Assembly (NCBI RefSeq): GCF_009914755.1
Contig: NC_060927.1
Length of the DNA stretch: 64,000 nucleotides
Direction: 5' to 3' (one strand)
From: the human T2T-CHM13v2.0 reference genome, Homo sapiens
Numbering within the stretch: position 1 is the stretch's first letter; every line of letters begins with the position of its first letter. The notes beneath the pieces are model-generated. The model made no database searches, was not told where the DNA came from, and was given only the letters and a program-made list of their open reading frames with translations. Positions 63,584 to 64,000 of this stretch are shown in pieces. The position numbers and the translations under genes were made by a program.

Positions 63584-64000
<417 letters not shown>

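Overview
Human (or very closely related primate) genomic DNA. I recognise it as the MLH1/LRRFIP2 locus (3p22). The + strand carries MLH1 from intron 8 through exons 9-19. All exons have GT-AG boundaries, the frame is continuous, and it ends in ...FERC-stop at 37996 with AATAAA at 38165. The - strand carries the last nine recognisable coding exons and 3'UTR of LRRFIP2, convergent with MLH1 and about 1.8 kb away. MLH1 intron 9 holds a full-length, ORF-intact antisense RPL29 retrocopy. The rest is intronic and dense in Alu, L1M, L2, MIR, Tigger1, MER21, MST and MLT elements. I found no new multi-gene system. The most unusual signals are: a perfect 27-bp-arm palindrome and a templated 183-bp duplication inside one Tigger1; a cryptic 3' splice site built from the retrocopy tail; a latent poison pseudoexon in MLH1 intron 15; a candidate PTC exon or AG|GT site plus duplicated symmetric exons in LRRFIP2; and tail-less Alu fragments. 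Repeat subfamilies, exon numbering and comparisons to reference alleles or clinical variants are from memory and were not checked against databases.
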